From contig NW_020846637.1 of assembly GCF_003704095.1 (NCBI RefSeq), forward strand, positions 1 to 64,000: a stretch of DNA of 64,000 bases. The letters are read 5' to 3'. A program made the position numbers and the translations under genes. Below, in pieces: positions 1 to 13,946 of the stretch. The notes beneath the pieces were generated by a model. The model saw only the letters and a program-made list of their open reading frames with translations, ran no database searches and was not told the origin of the DNA. How positions within the stretch are numbered: position 1 is the stretch's first letter; each line of letters starts with the position of its first letter. Source of the stretch: Pocillopora damicornis. Its lineage: Eukaryota.

Positions 1-1047
1 CTGTGAATTAGGCTTTCCCCAAAAGAGCGTTAATTACCTCATGCCCTCTTGATTGCACTAATGATTCCTTTCTAGATTTCTTGATTGGGGTGAAGCAATT
101 TTAAGCGAGGATATCTTGCTAGTAAGCAGNNNNNNNNNNNNNNNNNNNNNNNNNNNNNNNNNNNNNNNNNNNNNNNNNNNNNNNNNNNNNNNNNNNNNNN
201 NNNNNNNNNNNNNNNNNNNNNNNNNNNNNNNNNNNNNNNNNNNNNNNNNNNNNNNNNNNNNNNNNNNNNNNNNNNNNNNNNNNNNNNNNNNNNNNNNNNN
301 NNNNNNNNNNNNNNNNNNNNNNNNNNNNNNNNNNNNNNNNNNNNNNNNNNNNNNNNNNNNNNNNNNNNNNNNNNNNNNNNNNNNNNNNNNNNNNNNNNNN
401 NNNNNNNNNNNNNNNNNNNNNNNNNNNNNNNNNNNNNNNNNNNNNNNNNNNNNNNNNNNNNNNNNNNNNNNNNNNNNNNNNNNNNNNNNNNNNNNNNNNN
501 NNNNGTTATAATTTCTTGACATGGGTGACGTTTGAACTTCAAGAGAACCAAATTGAAATGGCTTTTGAGTTTCAAAAATAATAAAGACTCATTAACAGTG
601 TACATAAAATTGTTTTTGTACTAGTCCAAAAATTNNNNNNNNNNNNNNNNNNNNNNNNNNNNNNNNNNNNNNNNNNNNNNNNNNNNNNNNNNNNNNNNNN
701 NNNNNNNNNNNNNNNNNNNNNNNNNNNNNNNNNNNNNNNNNNNNNNNNNNNNNNNNNNNNNNNNNNNNNNNNNNNNNNNNNNNNNNNNNNNNNNNNNNNN
801 NNNNNNNNNNNNNNNNNNNNNNNNNNNNNNNNNNNNNNNNNNNNNNNNNNNNNNNNNNNNNNNNNNNNNNNNNNNNNNNNNNNNNNNNNNNNNNNNNNNN
901 NNNNNNNNNNNNNNNNNNNNNNNNNNNNNNNNNNNNNNNNNNNNNNNNNNNNNNNNNNNNNNNNNNNNNNNNNCCCCCCCCCTCCCCCCTTTATAAGGTC
1001 CAGCAATTACACCTCTACACGCACACTCCTACTGATGCGTAACTTAC

Positions 1048-4000
1048 AAGAAGCCACTGCTATTCTCTCGATCGGCTCTCTTGCCTCGGATCTCTCTCAG
1101 CATGTTCTTACGACAGTTCAACATCTTAATATGACTCATTCGGTCTTTCAGGTCTTGAACCTGCAACATAGACAAGGTAAAACATGAAAAATCTAAAAGC
1201 ACTTTTACAGCAGAACTTTCAGCATTTCTCATCATTTACTCTGACACGGAATGAGCAGCTATGACGACCAATTTTACCCAAGAGAGTGTAAAGATTTCAA
1301 AGGTATATATTTAAAGTACACAGCCTTCACTCAGTCCACTAAAAGTTTTCTTTCCCAAGGTGGTACTTTTTATTGTAAGATTTGGGTCATTTCAATACGA
1401 TAGAATCAATTACAAAAACGGACCGTGTTACAGTTTTTGACGTGAAAACAGAATTGATCACGTGAACAGTTCACCATCTGCAAATTTCGGACGCTGATTA
1501 AAGCCAGGAGTATGACAAACCCTATACAGACATTGATACAAAACCAGTCTGACCTTTGTAATGGCGAAGACATCCAGCAGTTGTTTCTGAACATCAATCA
1601 ACATATCTATAGCCTTGGCTTTCGCTTCATCACCGTCTGAGATCTGACTCATGGTTTCCGTGATCCTTCGGCACTTTTCCTGGGCCTCTTGAATTGAAAC
1701 TTCCTTTTGATGAGACTTTCGTAAGAGCTCCTCTTGCATGCGGTTCTTGTGGTCTTCTTGGTTCTGTTTGATTTCAGTCTTTCTGACCTTCTTTTCCCTC
1801 TGATGATGGAGAGGGTTTAAAATAGGCATATTATCATGGTGGAATTCAACTGGATATGGTACAAAAATTGGGTAAACCTCCCTGACTACGAATTGCTAGT
1901 TCCAAACTAAGTGTTTGAAAGCAAAGCTCTGTCAGCTGAGACGAACTGAATCGAGTTTAAACATCACATTACTGGCGTTGGCCAGATCTCTTAGAGATAA
2001 CTTTTCTGTCCTCAATCCCAACCCCCTCACTCCTCATCCAATGTTGCAACTAAGCATAATTAAACATAATGTAAAACACGTCACGTGGACGGAGCTGAAT
2101 AATGAATGTGCATGTCTATACATGCAGTATATATTTTTTATCTGACCGTTATTCTAAAGTGTTGAAAGTCGTTATATCCTTCATCAACTGAAACTGTCAT
2201 TTAATAAACTATCACTGAGGACCGCCCAACATCCATGTATTAATGTAGACTAACTTTCGCAAAATGCTTTTTCGCGATCAAACAACAGCAACTTTGGTGT
2301 GCAAAGGGTATTTTTTTGTCCCCGTTGTAAGACATTCTGCAGCGAAAGTTTTGAGCATAAACTTTCTCTGCTTGCCTCTTAAACCAATGACAAAACTGCA
2401 CCGCTTTTCAATTTTTCAAGACTCCATCCATTTCATTCTGGTGTTGCTATGGTTTCATGCATGAGCCCATGACATAAATTGATATGCGCCGATATTTTTC
2501 AGCTCTGTCCATCACGTGTCAGCCAATTTTTCTAGCTAGGTAAAGTAGAATTTACCGATCAAATGAAAATGTTCTGCCCGAGAAAAACATGTTGACAAAT
2601 GCAATTTGTCCACTCGTGGTTGGCGCCTACGGTTAGCTCGCGATAAAACCTCATCGTTACATAGGTAAAGATTTTTAAAAATTCTTAACCCCTTGAAAAT
2701 ATAGGTTATGAAACAAAGCCAATGTTTGTAACCTTTTCCCAGAGCCTATTTGGAATATGATGACTTAAACGATGATTAAGCAGACCTTGATTTTGGAGAA
2801 TATTTTCAATAATTGTTCTTGAACTTCCAAAAGCGTGTCGGTGGTTGAACCTCGTCGATCGATCATTTGTTGCTGATGCAGTTCAATTCGTCTCATTCTT
2901 TCTTGTTCCATGATGTCCTTCTCATTTTTTGCTGGCCGTCGTCTAATTTCTTGCAGCATCATCTCCTTCAAGTCCTCTGTTTTCTCCCGATCTTTTACTT
3001 CCTTAGCGGCGTCGGCATCCTAAGAGCAAAGCAAAGGATTTTGTCTTTTCTCGACCTGCTTTGCGTTCACTTATCAAGTAATCGAGATTATCATTGATGC
3101 AATTATTCTTCCTTTTCATAGGTCAGGAACCCTGCACAAGAGCTGTAGATGACTTCCTGGGAAGGATGGTTTGCTCATGCGCGGTAACATGGATATTTGG
3201 GTCCACGTCTTTCCTATGGAAACTGGCAGAACATTGCTTTGAGAGAACCATTCTCGAAACAGACATACACTAAGTAATCGAGAGATTTAACAGTTATTGA
3301 TCTAGGTTATCGCAAAATATTTCGATTTTCAGAATCTTACGAATTGAAAGTAATTTCTTCAGAATGTAGCAAGATAACATAGGAAATCAATCTATATCAC
3401 TTTAAATTTGCGACTGACGTGTCAGACGAAACATAAATTATTCATGGTCTCTCTCTAGGCAAATCACTGACTCAAACTCGTTACTGCGACGATTTACTTC
3501 CCTATTGCTCCTTACCCTCATCATTTGAAACGCATTTTTCAGATCAGCGTGTACATAACTCAGTCTATCGTTTGTTTCTGCCATCGCAAGCCCCGTTTCG
3601 CTGACTGTCTCTGTTAACTCCTTCATTTCTTTTATCTTTCTCGTCCTTTCTCTCTCGAATTCTTCTGTGGCTTTCATTCTGGCCATCTTGCTCATAAGTT
3701 CTTCGTGCATTCTGTTCTTGGAATTTTCCATATTGCGTCTGTCACGCTCACATTCCATTTGAAACTTAGCCTGAAAGATTGAAACATATACAACAGTTAA
3801 TAATGGCAATAGGATTGAGTATAGTCCAATTTGCTCTGCAATCATACGAGTGATCGACAAAATTAGACGACGGCGAAGCGGGAGTCCAATTTGTCAATCG
3901 CGAGTATGATTACAGACAGAATTAGACGACAAGAAGTCCTGTTAACAATTAGTCATAACCGTTTCAATTTCCGAAAACAAAAAATACATTTAGGTCAATT

Positions 4001-5568
4001 ATCTCCAGTAGAGACAAAAAAGTAAAAGTACAAAAATGTCTCCATTTTGAAAATTCCTCTCTTTTTTTTAGGATAAGTTGTTGCTTTGGTTATTGTGTTT
4101 AATGCTGTGATTGGTGGATTTGGCAGAGCGGACTTAGTATGATTGACTACTTCAAATGTAGAACCACAGGTGTCCGATTACAGCCAACTGTCTGATTACA
4201 GCTCTACAGAATGATTAATGAAAAATAAAGCAGCTAATGCAGCAATCACGTTTGAGGAAACTGTAATGGTTTATGATTAATATTATACAAGGAAGTCCCA
4301 AGGGCGTGAATTTATATTTCAATCGCGTTTCGTTGGCTCATGCTGTAGAGTGCCTTGCGGGAGAGTTAGAGTGCCAGACCGGACGAACACTCGAGGCTGC
4401 CTTTGCTCAGTATGACATCCTCAAATGGTTAGACGATAAACCGTAAGCCCTTCCTCCTGTACCTTCTCTGAACTGGTTATCAGGAAACATTAAAGAACCT
4501 TCGCATTTCTCGCAAAGAGTAACGTACATAGTTCCCAGTGTTGAGGCCTGGTCTTGTTATTGTTTATACTTTTTTAAGATTCCCAGAAATATTTCTATAT
4601 AATACAATTGAGAAAGAAGACGAAAAATCTCTGCTTGATGTTGCTGGCGTAATTGTCTAGTTTTTTTCAGAAATTGGCTCACGTATGCAAGATAAATGGT
4701 GTGAATAAAAACAGTTTTGACTCTGTTGTGGATAGAGAACAGCGAACAACCGGAAGCAAGAAAAACAAAAAGTCAGCTTACATCGTGAATGGCAAAGAGG
4801 TGTAGAAGTTCCGTATGAACATTTGATAACTGTCCACTCTGAATAGAAATGTCCAGCTCGGTTTCTTCCACATCAGCTGAAAAAGGTATTGACATTCGGC
4901 GAGCTCTTTCACCTTCCTCAGCTCTATTGACCATCTGAATTGTGTCCTGTAAGTCTTCACCCTCCAGGTTATTTGAATGGTCTAGCTGTGAAATTACTCC
5001 TTTTAACCAATTTTTGTGTTCACTCTTCAAGGTTGCAACGTCCTGTGAAAGGAAGGATTTATATCAAGGAGAGTAAAAGGAAGGAATTTCTCGAAATATT
5101 TTAAATTCAATTATCAACTTCCTGGAACACTGTGGCAGAGCAACGGATCGATGTGGGGATCAGGCCAAGAGTGTCAGCTCTTCCAGTACAGGTAAAAATA
5201 CCTTTTTCCTTCTTTTAAGGAGAGATTGAACGAGCATGCTTAACGACAGATTAAGAACAAAAAAACTCCATCTCTAAAAAACTCACTCAAGTTCGCAATT
5301 TAATGTTAAAGTTTAGTGGACAGCTCTTGCAGTAATGCCAAAAGTGGAACTATGCGGCGCTTAAATAAGTAACTGATGTTTTTGCGCCTCACATGAACTA
5401 TTCACTTACCTTGTGCCGAGCACATTGTCTTCTTAACAAACTTTTCACTCCCAGTATCTCCTTCTCAATTTCTTCAGGGTCAAAATCTGAATCACCGTTG
5501 TCATCCTCACTATCGGTGGTGCTGTCATGTTCAATGGGAGGTTTACTTGTTTCGGCGCTTTCACTCAT
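1048..5568 (-). CDS. Uncharacterised helical/coiled-coil protein made of tandem ~80-aa exon modules (3' end uncertain, near assembly gaps)
   Basis: Exons 5568-5410, 5042-4782, 3770-3516, 3019-2786, 1799-1554, 1160-~1048, all joined by phase-0 GT-AG introns. Shared motifs KNRMxEEL/EMMLQEI and LxxVH/QxxLLxxF recur in successive exons. The last exon either stops at TAA 1044-1046 or splices at gtaagt. Confidence 0.7.
3785..4285. repeat. Dispersed repeat (probable non-autonomous element), second copy at ~34128-34505
   Basis: Blocks such as cgaagcgggagtcc(a/g)atttgt, agtatgattacagacagaatt, aatttccgaaaa and gtgattggtggatt occur in the same order at both loci. Confidence 0.8.
4330..4560 (+). mobile_element. 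Degenerate SINE-like repeat
   Basis: Segments ccggacgaacactc, gctgcctttg, aaatggttagac, gataaaccgtaagcc and ttaaagaacc resemble, from memory, tRNA-derived cnidarian SINE bodies. Heavily decayed. Confidence 0.4.
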
Positions 5569-7041
5569 ACTGATGGCGACTTCCACTGCTATATAGTCCT
5601 AAAGCTTGAATTTATGCCAATGTTAGTTAAGGGAAAAATGAGTATTGCGCAACAAGAAGTAATGATGTTAATTACCTATTCTTCACTAATTAGAAATATA
5701 TGCGCGCGCATCTTTACATTTAATGAGCAGAAAAAAATCACCAAAAAATTCGATGCGTACAAGCAGATGCGCAAAGAAATCAGAGGAGCTACAGTGCTTC
5801 ATCTGTTTAAGACGCTACTTTGCTAATACTGCGTCTAAATAAATGCTGGGATTGACCAACCTTGTACCAGGTCCCCAAGAGGCATGTTGTTTCGCGTAGC
5901 TTCGATCTTTTTCATTGTAGCGTGAGAAACAGATCCAAAAACCCACAAATTGGAAATAAAAGGTTTTCGTTAAAATTTTGTACCTTCCGGAATGTGTGCG
6001 GTCATTTTCACTTTCCCACACAAATCAATGATCTCCTTGGCCTGTCATGGAGAGAAGAAAGGTGCAAAAATACAACTACAAAAGAATTTGCGAAGCACTT
6101 TTACCTCTGTATCTCACACATCAACAACTACAAAGATTGAGGCCACGCAAACAAAATGTCCCTTGAGGGACCTATTACAGGGTTAGGCAATCCTTGCGTT
6201 CATTCTAACCCCAGTATTAGAAAAGATAGCCAGCTAAATTGTATGGTCGTAATTCGATTTGATCTGTGAAACTGGTTATACTGCAGGGTTGCAATCTGTT
6301 TACGTACCCGGAAGTTCCAATTTGGATGCCACATAATCAAGTGGCCCCAGAACTTAATCTCTGAATAAGGGCATTGATGTAAATTTTTCCGTTTCCAGGC
6401 TAGTATATTTTTGGCATTAAATGCCACGAAACTTTTCAAATAACTTCCGACAGGACTTTGTATTCGAAATAATGTTGCTATAGATAAGTTTTGTAGAAAG
6501 ATAGAATATTTAAATTTTGATCGAGTTCTCATTGATTTGTTACCAGTTTTCTTATTCTCGTAATGGATGGCTTGCGATGTAAAGCTGATTTCAATTTGGC
6601 AACATTTATTCCCGAACACTGAACACAGCAAGCAGTAGCTCTTTTCTCTAAGAAAACAATTAAGTGTAAACCAGGGTTTAGGACAAAACACTGATCAAAT
6701 TTATCAAACAAAAGGAATTGCCAAAAATTGGTTTTCTAGAAGAGTTACAATACGACCAACAAAACCCTGAAGACATTTTTGGTCCTAGTTTTGAAAGCAA
6801 ATTTTATTCATTTAAGTTGTGTACTACAATTGCGTTAGTATCTTAATGTTAAGCCTGCACTCCGATTGGCTGACTTACTCTTTCATCTCATATACAGCGA
6901 GTTGAGAATATCCGGGACTTCATCAATAAATATGGTATACAGAGGTTTTTCTAATTAATGGCTTTCGAAATTAGGTTAGTGAAAACTTTCCATCAACAAA
7001 AATTTCGAGATCGCCGCTCATTTTTCATAATCAGAAAAATT

Positions 7042-10000
7042 CTACAACTCTTGGTGTGTATCATCACTTTTTGTTTTCCATTCCGTCTCCTCGTTCTCAT
7101 CATCGTTATCACTATCATCTTCATCATCCTCCATGTAAGCGTCATTTGGCTCCGGACTATCCATTCCCGGGGGGATTTCCGGCTCTCCCCCCCACTCAAG
7201 AAACCGCTGGATGGCACGGCGCAGGTTATTTTGTACTTCCTGCTTAGTAACCTGGTCTGAGACGTTTGTCTCGTTGCGCAGTTTATTAAAAATCTAAAAT
7301 CAAAATTAAGAAATTAAAATTATTTTAAGACACATTGATTAAACTAGCGATGACTTCCAAAGCTGTCGATTGTCTAAGATCATCTAACTGCCGTTCGAAA
7401 AGGAGCTGGCAGTGGCATGCATATAGTGTCGTTTATTTTTCCCTTAAATGGATGTTTTGAGAAACAGACCGTGTGCTAAATTGACCAAACCAGAAAAGGG
7501 CTTTCAATCTGGAAATTCCATTCTGTTAAACGTAACTTAAAACGCTGCAATTGGAAGTTTTTAAATTACTTATAAGAGTAACAGCCTGAAGAAATCAAAG
7601 GTTTGCTTTTGGTGGACGCTTATATTATAAATCTGGAAGCTTCTCTTATTTCTGAGAGAGAAACAGAAAATCAGCAAAGACTAAACGTCTAAACCGTAGT
7701 CTACTTACAAGCTCTGCAAAAACTTCGGTTCCCTGTGTAGCCTGGTTATAGGAAAAAAAAGTTGTCATCAAAGTGCATGAACTTAAAAAAGTAAATGGAA
7801 GGAACTGAAACATGGTGCTGTTTCTTCATTGAATGTATGGCTAACATTTACGAAAATTAAAGAAAAAACTTCTCAAAACAAAAAAGGCTAACCAACCCAA
7901 AATCTTACAAAAATAAAACAGTCTCCAAGAGCTCAAAAAGAAAGGTGTATTTACTGGCGTGATAACTGTGCGGAGAAAGAAAAGAAATACACCAAAAAAG
8001 CAGGAAAAATAGCAGAAGGAACGACACGCAAGCACTTGTCAAACGGCATGCAACACATACATAACAAGCCTCTAAACACTCACCTCCACATAAGCTCGGA
8101 TAAACTTGTCCCTTGACACGAGACCATCAAGAGCCAAAAGTTCCCTAATCACATCCCTGGGGTTTAATCACAGATACATAGGGAATACTCATTAGTTATG
8201 ACTTGGAGGGGGTTGGAAGATTTTGGAGTTTTTTTTTAGAGGGTGCGGGGGTTTAGGGGTCAGTCGGTGTCAAAAGAGCATAAAGAGGGACAAAGCAAAA
8301 TTGATTGCCAGAGGGGGGGGGGGGNNNNNNNNNNNNNNNNNNNNNNNNNNNNNNNNNNNNNNNNNNNNNNNNNNNNNNNNNNNNNNNNNNNNNNNNNNNN
8401 NNNNNNNNNNNNNNNNNNNNNNNNNNNNNNTAGGGCTACCTTGGGATGTGGAAAGTTCTGCATGACTTTGATAAAAATCCCTCAAAATCATCCTCACTTA
8501 AACAAGAGATATGAGTGTTTACCTGACATTTGCTACATCAATAACTCCATACTCTGCCTCCTCTGTGTTACTCACGTCCGTTCCTTCAAATGCAAGAACA
8601 GTTTGCCTCATTTGTTCACGGGTTAGCTTCAAAACCTCTTGTTTGGTTATAAATCCTTTTTTGTTACCACCAAGCCAATCAAACATCTGCCAGCCAAATA
8701 AAGCATTTTCATCAATTAAAAAAAATCATTTTTGTGACTGAAAATGACATATCAGGCCATGAAGAAATCATGACTGGCTGAAACTGGAATACAATTTAAA
8801 TTAAAATGAAAGCATTACATTGCAAATTATTGGCTGCTAAGATGCCATCACACCATACATAAAGACTATATATATTGTCTATAATGGGGTCACATTTCCA
8901 TCACAGTTTCTACAATGGGTAAGACAATTCTGGTAAGTAGGGATTTGAATATAGGAAGATTTGCAGTTAAAAATTGTAACCATAAGACCAAAAGCAACTA
9001 AGGTGGGGTCTATAATTGGCCAAAGAATAGACTATAATAGGTTAGCTGCACATACCCAGTAAAAATTGACCAAAGCACCATTCCCCTCTCCCTCCCCCAG
9101 ATGGGCTTTGGACAGCTACAAATGCCCCATAGAGACACAAATTGGAATATAGTGGGAAAAGGTTGCGAGAGACAACTTGAAAATCAAAAGGATTTCTGTT
9201 GTCCCATGTATATTTAACTTTTGATCATGGCAATACCTGAAGCCCTTAGCACCTAAAATGAATTCTTCCCCTAATACCTCAAGGAGGTTTATATGCCTTG
9301 GCAAGACTCATTTAATGAAACTTTCTAAGGACCAGGAATATTTTTTCCAGATACCAGAGGTTTGAATTTCAATGAAAAAATTGTTATACTGACCATTAAA
9401 GCCTGTTGCCTGACTCCTTCAACATAGCTATATAGCTTGTGTACCTTCAGGGAAAAGGGAAAAGTAAACTCTCTTCACAATCATATGCCTTGCCAATTTT
9501 TAGACATAATAAGTGAGTCTCACCTGACACACATAATAATCCAAAATGCTCCTGTTGATCATACAACTTGAAATGCTTATTATTTTTGAAGGCTACTTTT
9601 TCTGCCATTTCAGATTTATAATAACAGCTCACCAGTGGGGGTCACTTTGCAAAAATATGATTTATGAGATTTTACATCTTTTCTGTCTCAAACATCACTC
9701 ACAGGGACCTCAAAAGGGCTACTTGTCACATTGAAGGAAATTTTTAACTTCACAGCAAACCAATCTAAAATAACATAGCATCCCTAAAAATCACAACCAA
9801 AGCCCATAAACATCAGCAAAGGGTATTTAAGATTCCAATATGAAATTCTTGTGTAATATCATTTGTTTAAATTCAGAGAAATTAATAAAAATGCGAGTGG
9901 TACACTCTCCTTACCTCATCTTCCTCTGTAACGTTTTGGATTTTTCTTAAAATTCCATCTTTATCAAGCTTTTCATCCTTTCCAAAAAAGTCCAGCATAC

Positions 10001-13000
10001 CTTCTCTAGAGTAAATAACAATGTGAAGTTTAAAATCATCATCCCAAGAGCACTTATCTCATTAATGTGTGACATCAAACAGAAGTCAACACTTAGTTAC
10101 TATGTTGCCCTTGATATGCCACACTCTCACTCTTAAACTATGGACCTGAGTCACTGAAAGGCTTCTCATAGCATTATTGAATGAATGAGGAGCTGTATTT
10201 ACTTAATATTAAAAAAAATGGCATGCCACTAAATTAACCAAGAGAAAAGTTTGTTTTCTTTAGCAGCAAGTGGTTCACACACATACCGCTAAAATTTGCA
10301 CAAAGCTTCTCCTTATGGTGGCTTGTTAGAGCAATGGGAAGCATGTATCTGAGAGCCTAAGTTCACATACTAAAGATAACTTCTGCCCCCACCCTCTCCC
10401 TACCTAAGGACATTTAAAGGCAGCATTTATACCAAGCTTGACACAGTTGTTAACAGGTATATTATTAGTGTCAACTATAATTTTGTCATATCTGATGCAG
10501 AAATAATGAAAAGTGACCCACTATTTATGGTGTAAAAAGAATCTACAACCAGTTGTTAAGAAAACATTAACTAGTTGAAATTAGAAAATAACTGAAATGA
10601 AAATTAAGTGCCACACATGCATGAAGCCTGTGGTTGGAGTGAAATTTGACAATATGTGTCATTTGGTGCTGTTTCCTTTTTCCCCAAGTTAACTGTTGAT
10701 TTGAAAACACATAACCAAAAGCTACTTTGTTGATACAATTTTGTCACAGTTTTGATTAATTGGTAACAGGACCTTGTGTCTTCCAACTAGGTAGACATAA
10801 TTATACTCTCTTGTATGATTACAGGCAGAACTGGACTCTTCTTAAGCCTATTACCACTAAAGAAGCTGTCACAGCAAAACCTTCATTTCTTATCAAATTC
10901 CTCTTGAAAACTTTTCCTCCTGATTAGGTCCAGTAAGCTCCAAATAAGAGCATAAGTAATGTTAAACTTTGGCTTTAGTTTCCAAATTCCCAAATTAACC
11001 CTTATTACCAAACAGAAAATAAAAATAAAAATAAAGTTCAATTGAATACCTAACTGACTCCAAGTCTGTGTTACCCATACTCAGATTGCCATGTCCAGGG
11101 TATTCCCAGTCTAACTCCATCTCACTCAGAGGTTTGAAACTTAAGTTCTCATCACAGCCAGTGAAATCAATGTCATCAACACCATCCAGCCGGGAGAACA
11201 ACAAGGCTACAGCCACATTATTGGTACCATATGAATTCACCTGGTGATAGTAACCTTTGAATAGAATATTATATTGGCATTTAAGAAAACAACATTCAAT
11301 AGAAATGTATCTCAAAACTTTCAGTTCAAACAAATCTATTTGGTCAACATACTATAATGGTGATGAATTCATTTGAAACCTGGAACATGTCTGAGTAAGC
11401 TATTTTCAATTAGTTTTCTTTAATGATCTCAGAAAGTAAAATTGTTTTAAGTTACATAAGTCAAATGTTAGACAAACTACAGGAACACCAGTCTGAAGAT
11501 CAAATTCTTAACTATCATTTTAACAGGTGCAATGTGTTTCCAAAGCTGAATAACATATAAAGTAATGAGGTGAGTTGCTTTTACCTATAAATCAAGAAAT
11601 TTTCAATTAATATTAAAAATATGTTTTTAAGGTTTTGTGGCTAGCTACAATCTTGAATCCATTGTGAAAAAAACACACCATTTCATGATATCACAACATT
11701 TAATGAGGGTAACATTTCAGCAAATAAAAAACAGTAACTTAACTTTAAGAGCCACCTTACTTTTCGGTAAGAAGAGGCAGTCACCAGCATTTATGGTAAC
11801 AATGGACCAGGGGACTTCAGAAACCTTAGGATACTTCAACAGATCAACTTGCTGAATATTTACGCGTGAAAATCCACCAACATTTTGTGGAGGCTCCCAT
11901 GCTTTGTATATCTTATCTTCATATTTGTACTCTATCAGTTTCCATTCCTTGGTACCATTGTATAAACAGTTGATAGCATTGTATGCATCTTTGTGGAGTA
12001 TACTTTTGGTGCCTCCCCCACTCATCCATAAATCTACTTCCACAAGTCTGTCCTTCAAAAGGCCACAAGTCAGGGGGGGAATGACTGTCACATCACGCCA
12101 CATGGGAGTAGGGAGTTCCGAGACAATGTAGAGATTATTGTTTTCTTTATGGTAGTTATTGATGAAGTTTCCTTTAAAAACAAGAAGGAAAATAATCACA
12201 CTGAACTGAAATCAGAACAAGAAATAGAAGTTGGTCTGAAAGCTATTTTTCATTTAAGAAGAATTTTCAAATTTTTGGAACTTTGAAACAAGTTTGCAGT
12301 TTGCAGGGGTAACAACTAACCCTTAAACTCCCAGAAGTGTTTAAACATGTCACTTTCCGTGTCATATCCATACATTAGCAAGCAAACAGGTGATGACAAT
12401 ACTCTAACTTATCAGGTAAAAGTTGTATTTTGATTTCACAACAAATTCAAATCACTAATGTACAAGGAAATGTGAAGCAGGTATAGAGGGATAGAATTAA
12501 CAATCAGATGGGCCTGGAACAGTTGACATACTCACCAAGATTACCTTTAGAGCACTTACGCTAAAGGTTAAGAGCCTCGAAGGATCCTTCTTTTCAATTA
12601 AAGTATTCATATTTGTGAATCAATTATTACTTGATTCTTGTGCCAGAAAAAAAGTCTTATACCACACAATTGGTTTGATTGTTTTATTCGCTCTCGTGAT
12701 TAAAATAGCAGTAACAAAATCCTGTAAGCAATACTGGTGCTTCTGTTTTGTGGTGTATATATATCAACATTCTACTGAGAATAAGTGCGAGAATTGAAAT
12801 TTTACTCCAACTCCGAGCCATTAAATATTCCTTAAAATTTTGAAATTAATGAACAAAAGATGTAAACTTCTTAACTCACCAATTGTATCCCTACCGACTC
12901 CCTTTGCTCCGATCGGAACTTTAGAACTCTTTTCTTTCTTTCCTTCTAGCCGAACCTCTAAATCTGCAAAATTTTCCTTCAGATACTTATCAGTCCATTC

Positions 13001-13246
13001 AGTAAATGCTCTCCCAAGTTTGGCGGCTCCGCGCAACACAACAGCCTTCGAGGGTCGAACATATTTAGTCCAGAATTCTTGAGGAGACGGCACTTCTTGT
13101 AAATCGTCCACTAAGTTTATTTCTGGCGGCCTGTGAGATCCTAACGGCTTCAAATGACCAACAGGAACATTGAAATCACCGCCAGTTGTGAGAGATACGA
13201 CTTCAACTAAAGCTACAACGAAATTGAAATACAAGCGACGATTCAT
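7042..13246 (-). CDS. Secretory-pathway JmjC (cupin_8-type) 2-oxoglutarate/Fe(II) oxygenase with EF-hand-like region, acidic tail and C-terminal HQEL, 548 aa
   Basis: Nine exons: 13246-12880, 12171-11761, 11254-11050, 10005-9915, 9444-9394, 8686-8523, 8156-8084, 7741-7709, 7293-7042 (1647 nt, in frame, GT-AG). Hydrophobic N-terminus (MNRRLYFNFVVALVEVVSLTTGG). JmjC motifs FWTKYVRPSKAVVLRG, LWMSGGGTKSILHKD, GTKEW and INAGDCLFLPKSYYHQVNS give an intact HxD...H triad. Ends ...DDTHQEL*. Confidence 0.88.
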
Positions 13247-13946
13247 AACTGCAAAACCTCTCCACTTATGACAGCTGTGTGGATGAATTATGCTATCGCT
13301 CGGGAAACTCGGCCAGATTTGAAAAAAAAAACAAGAAAAATACTCTTGTCAAATCCCGCGATCTCCGTCCACATTCAGTGTTTCTGTTTATCGGTGAGCA
13401 AAATATTCCTAATGGGTGTAGGGTGCGTGATTTGAAAACAGCTGAAGTTCTTTGAGGATGAGGGTACAATAATTAATCCACCCTTTTCAAGTGTGCTTTT
13501 GTTATCAAAAGTGCATATTGTCTTTTGATAGAACCACAGGCGAACCTTAAGCGTACTATGTGTGATTTCTGGGTTTTAAGGTCATAAACAGGAATATCTA
13601 ATGTGCCGATTGTGGGGTAAATTTAGATTGAATTTTAAGGGTTCACGCGTGGCGTAAAATAAATAGAACAAAAACAAAAATAACAATGATAAACAACGCG
13701 AGAAATTAAACGTGTTTTAAAACCTCCTTACCTTACTCCATGCCTGCGTGGTCTCTTCTGGCCGTTTCCAACCCTATTTTATCGTATTTCTTTAAACCCC
13801 ATCCTGTGCGTAATAGTACACAAAAAATTGCCAAATTTCAAACTTCTTCTCCGCAGGTGAAACGTGGTAAGATGACAAGATAAAGAATTTGAATCTGAGC
13901 ATTTCAATCGACCTAAAGTGGGAGTTCATTAAGAGTAAAAATTACT

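Noticed and set aside
58-1006. ORFs of 131-177 aa at the window start (and those at 8223-8626)
   Set aside because: They span runs of N and are artefacts of assembly gaps.
6958-7260. Hydrophobic or His-rich plus-strand ORFs
   Set aside because: Antisense shadows of the acidic last exon of the JmjC gene.
9447-9632. Minus-strand 61-aa ORF as a JmjC exon
   Set aside because: It lacks matching splice sites and overlaps the polypyrimidine tract of the better-supported 51-nt exon at 9444-9394.
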